From Pseudomonas aeruginosa (GTDB lineage: Bacteria; Pseudomonadota; Gammaproteobacteria; Pseudomonadales; Pseudomonadaceae), in NCBI RefSeq assembly GCF_001457615.1, contig NZ_LN831024.1, forward strand, positions 1,380,001 through 1,412,000: 32,000 nucleotides of DNA, written 5' to 3'. How positions within the stretch are numbered: position 1 is the first letter of the stretch; every line of letters starts with the position of its first letter. A program made the translations under genes and the position numbers. Below the pieces are notes generated by a model. It searched no databases, was not told the origin of the DNA, and was given only the letters and a program-made list of their open reading frames with translations. This document shows, piece after piece, positions 31,705 to 32,000 of this stretch.

Positions 31705-32000
31705 TGCAACTGGGTCTGGATTTCAATCTGGTGGAGGATCTGGTCGCGGGCGTCGACGAGGTCGGTCGCGGTCCGTTGTGCGGCCCGGTGGTCACCGCCG
31801 CGGTGATTCTCGACCCGAGCCGCCCGATCCTCGGCCTGAACGACTCGAAGAAGCTCAGCGAAGCCCGCCGCGAGGCGCTGTTCGAAGAGATCCGCGAGAA
31901 GGCCCTGGCCTGGTGCATCGCCCGCGCCGAGGTCGAGGAGATCGACCGGCTGAACATTCTGCATGCCACCATGCTCGCCATGCAGCGCGCGGTCGAAGGC
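31704..32000 (+). CDS. rnhB: Ribonuclease HII, N-terminal 99 codons (continues beyond window end)
   Basis: [36 protein letters not shown]...LNDSKKLS carries the DEVGRGPL and DSKKL catalytic motifs. The ATG overlaps the last base of the lpxB TGA. Confidence 0.92.
   Translation, partial: MQLGLDFNLVEDLVAGVDEVGRGPLCGPVVTAAVILDPSRPILGLNDSKKLSEARREALFEEIREKALAWCIARAEVEEIDRLNILHATMLAMQRAVEG

Noticed and set aside
1-32000. Search for mobile elements, CRISPR arrays, tRNA/rRNA genes, defence or toxin-antitoxin modules and long direct or inverted repeats
   Set aside because: I saw no repeat-spacer periodicity and no transposase, integrase or phage-like ORFs. No cloverleaf-like or rRNA-like segments appear in the short intergenic regions, and there are no flanking direct repeats. 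Every intergenic gap is 321 bp or shorter, and the gene count matches the expected core-genome locus.

Overview
High-GC, Pseudomonas aeruginosa-like core chromosome. I resolve 32 protein-coding genes and no rRNA, tRNA, CRISPR array, IS element, integrase or phage gene. From memory, not alignment, the order matches PAO1 PA3673 (plsB) down to PA3642 (rnhB) read in reverse. That span is 32 locus tags, so the gene count argues against any inserted gene.

Layout:
- 1-465: plsB 5' end (-).
- 749-5245: translationally coupled four-gene cassette (+) of ABC ATPase, ABC-2 permease, GldG-like and DUF4340-like proteins.
- 5252-9018: minus-strand string yffB-like, LysE-family, dapD, csdA, csdE.
- 9321-12646: YkgJ-like protein, two small orphan genes and a CPA1 cation/proton antiporter.
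- 12697-17577: dapC, glnD, map (-).
- 17842-32000: the conserved translation and envelope supercluster rpsB-tsf-pyrH-frr-uppS-cdsA-dxr-rseP(mucP)-bamA(opr86)-skp-lpxD-fabZ-lpxA-lpxB-rnhB (+).

I do not see a clear novel system such as a defence island or mobile element. The least understood unit, and my best candidate for undescribed biology, is the ABC-2/GldG-like/DUF4340-like cassette together with a phased GAAC/GTTC motif array in its promoter region shared with plsB. Secondary observations:
- a tight yffB/LysE/dapD linkage;
- a small orphan-gene pocket;
- stop-codon-embedded palindromes at two convergent junctions;
- an rpsB extended -10 promoter and leader;
- an rpsB-tsf attenuator;
- a synonymous-codon (GC3) trough at the 3' end of rseP upstream of bamA;
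- gene-order differences from E. coli.

The many long ORFs antisense to or out of frame with these genes are high-GC artefacts.
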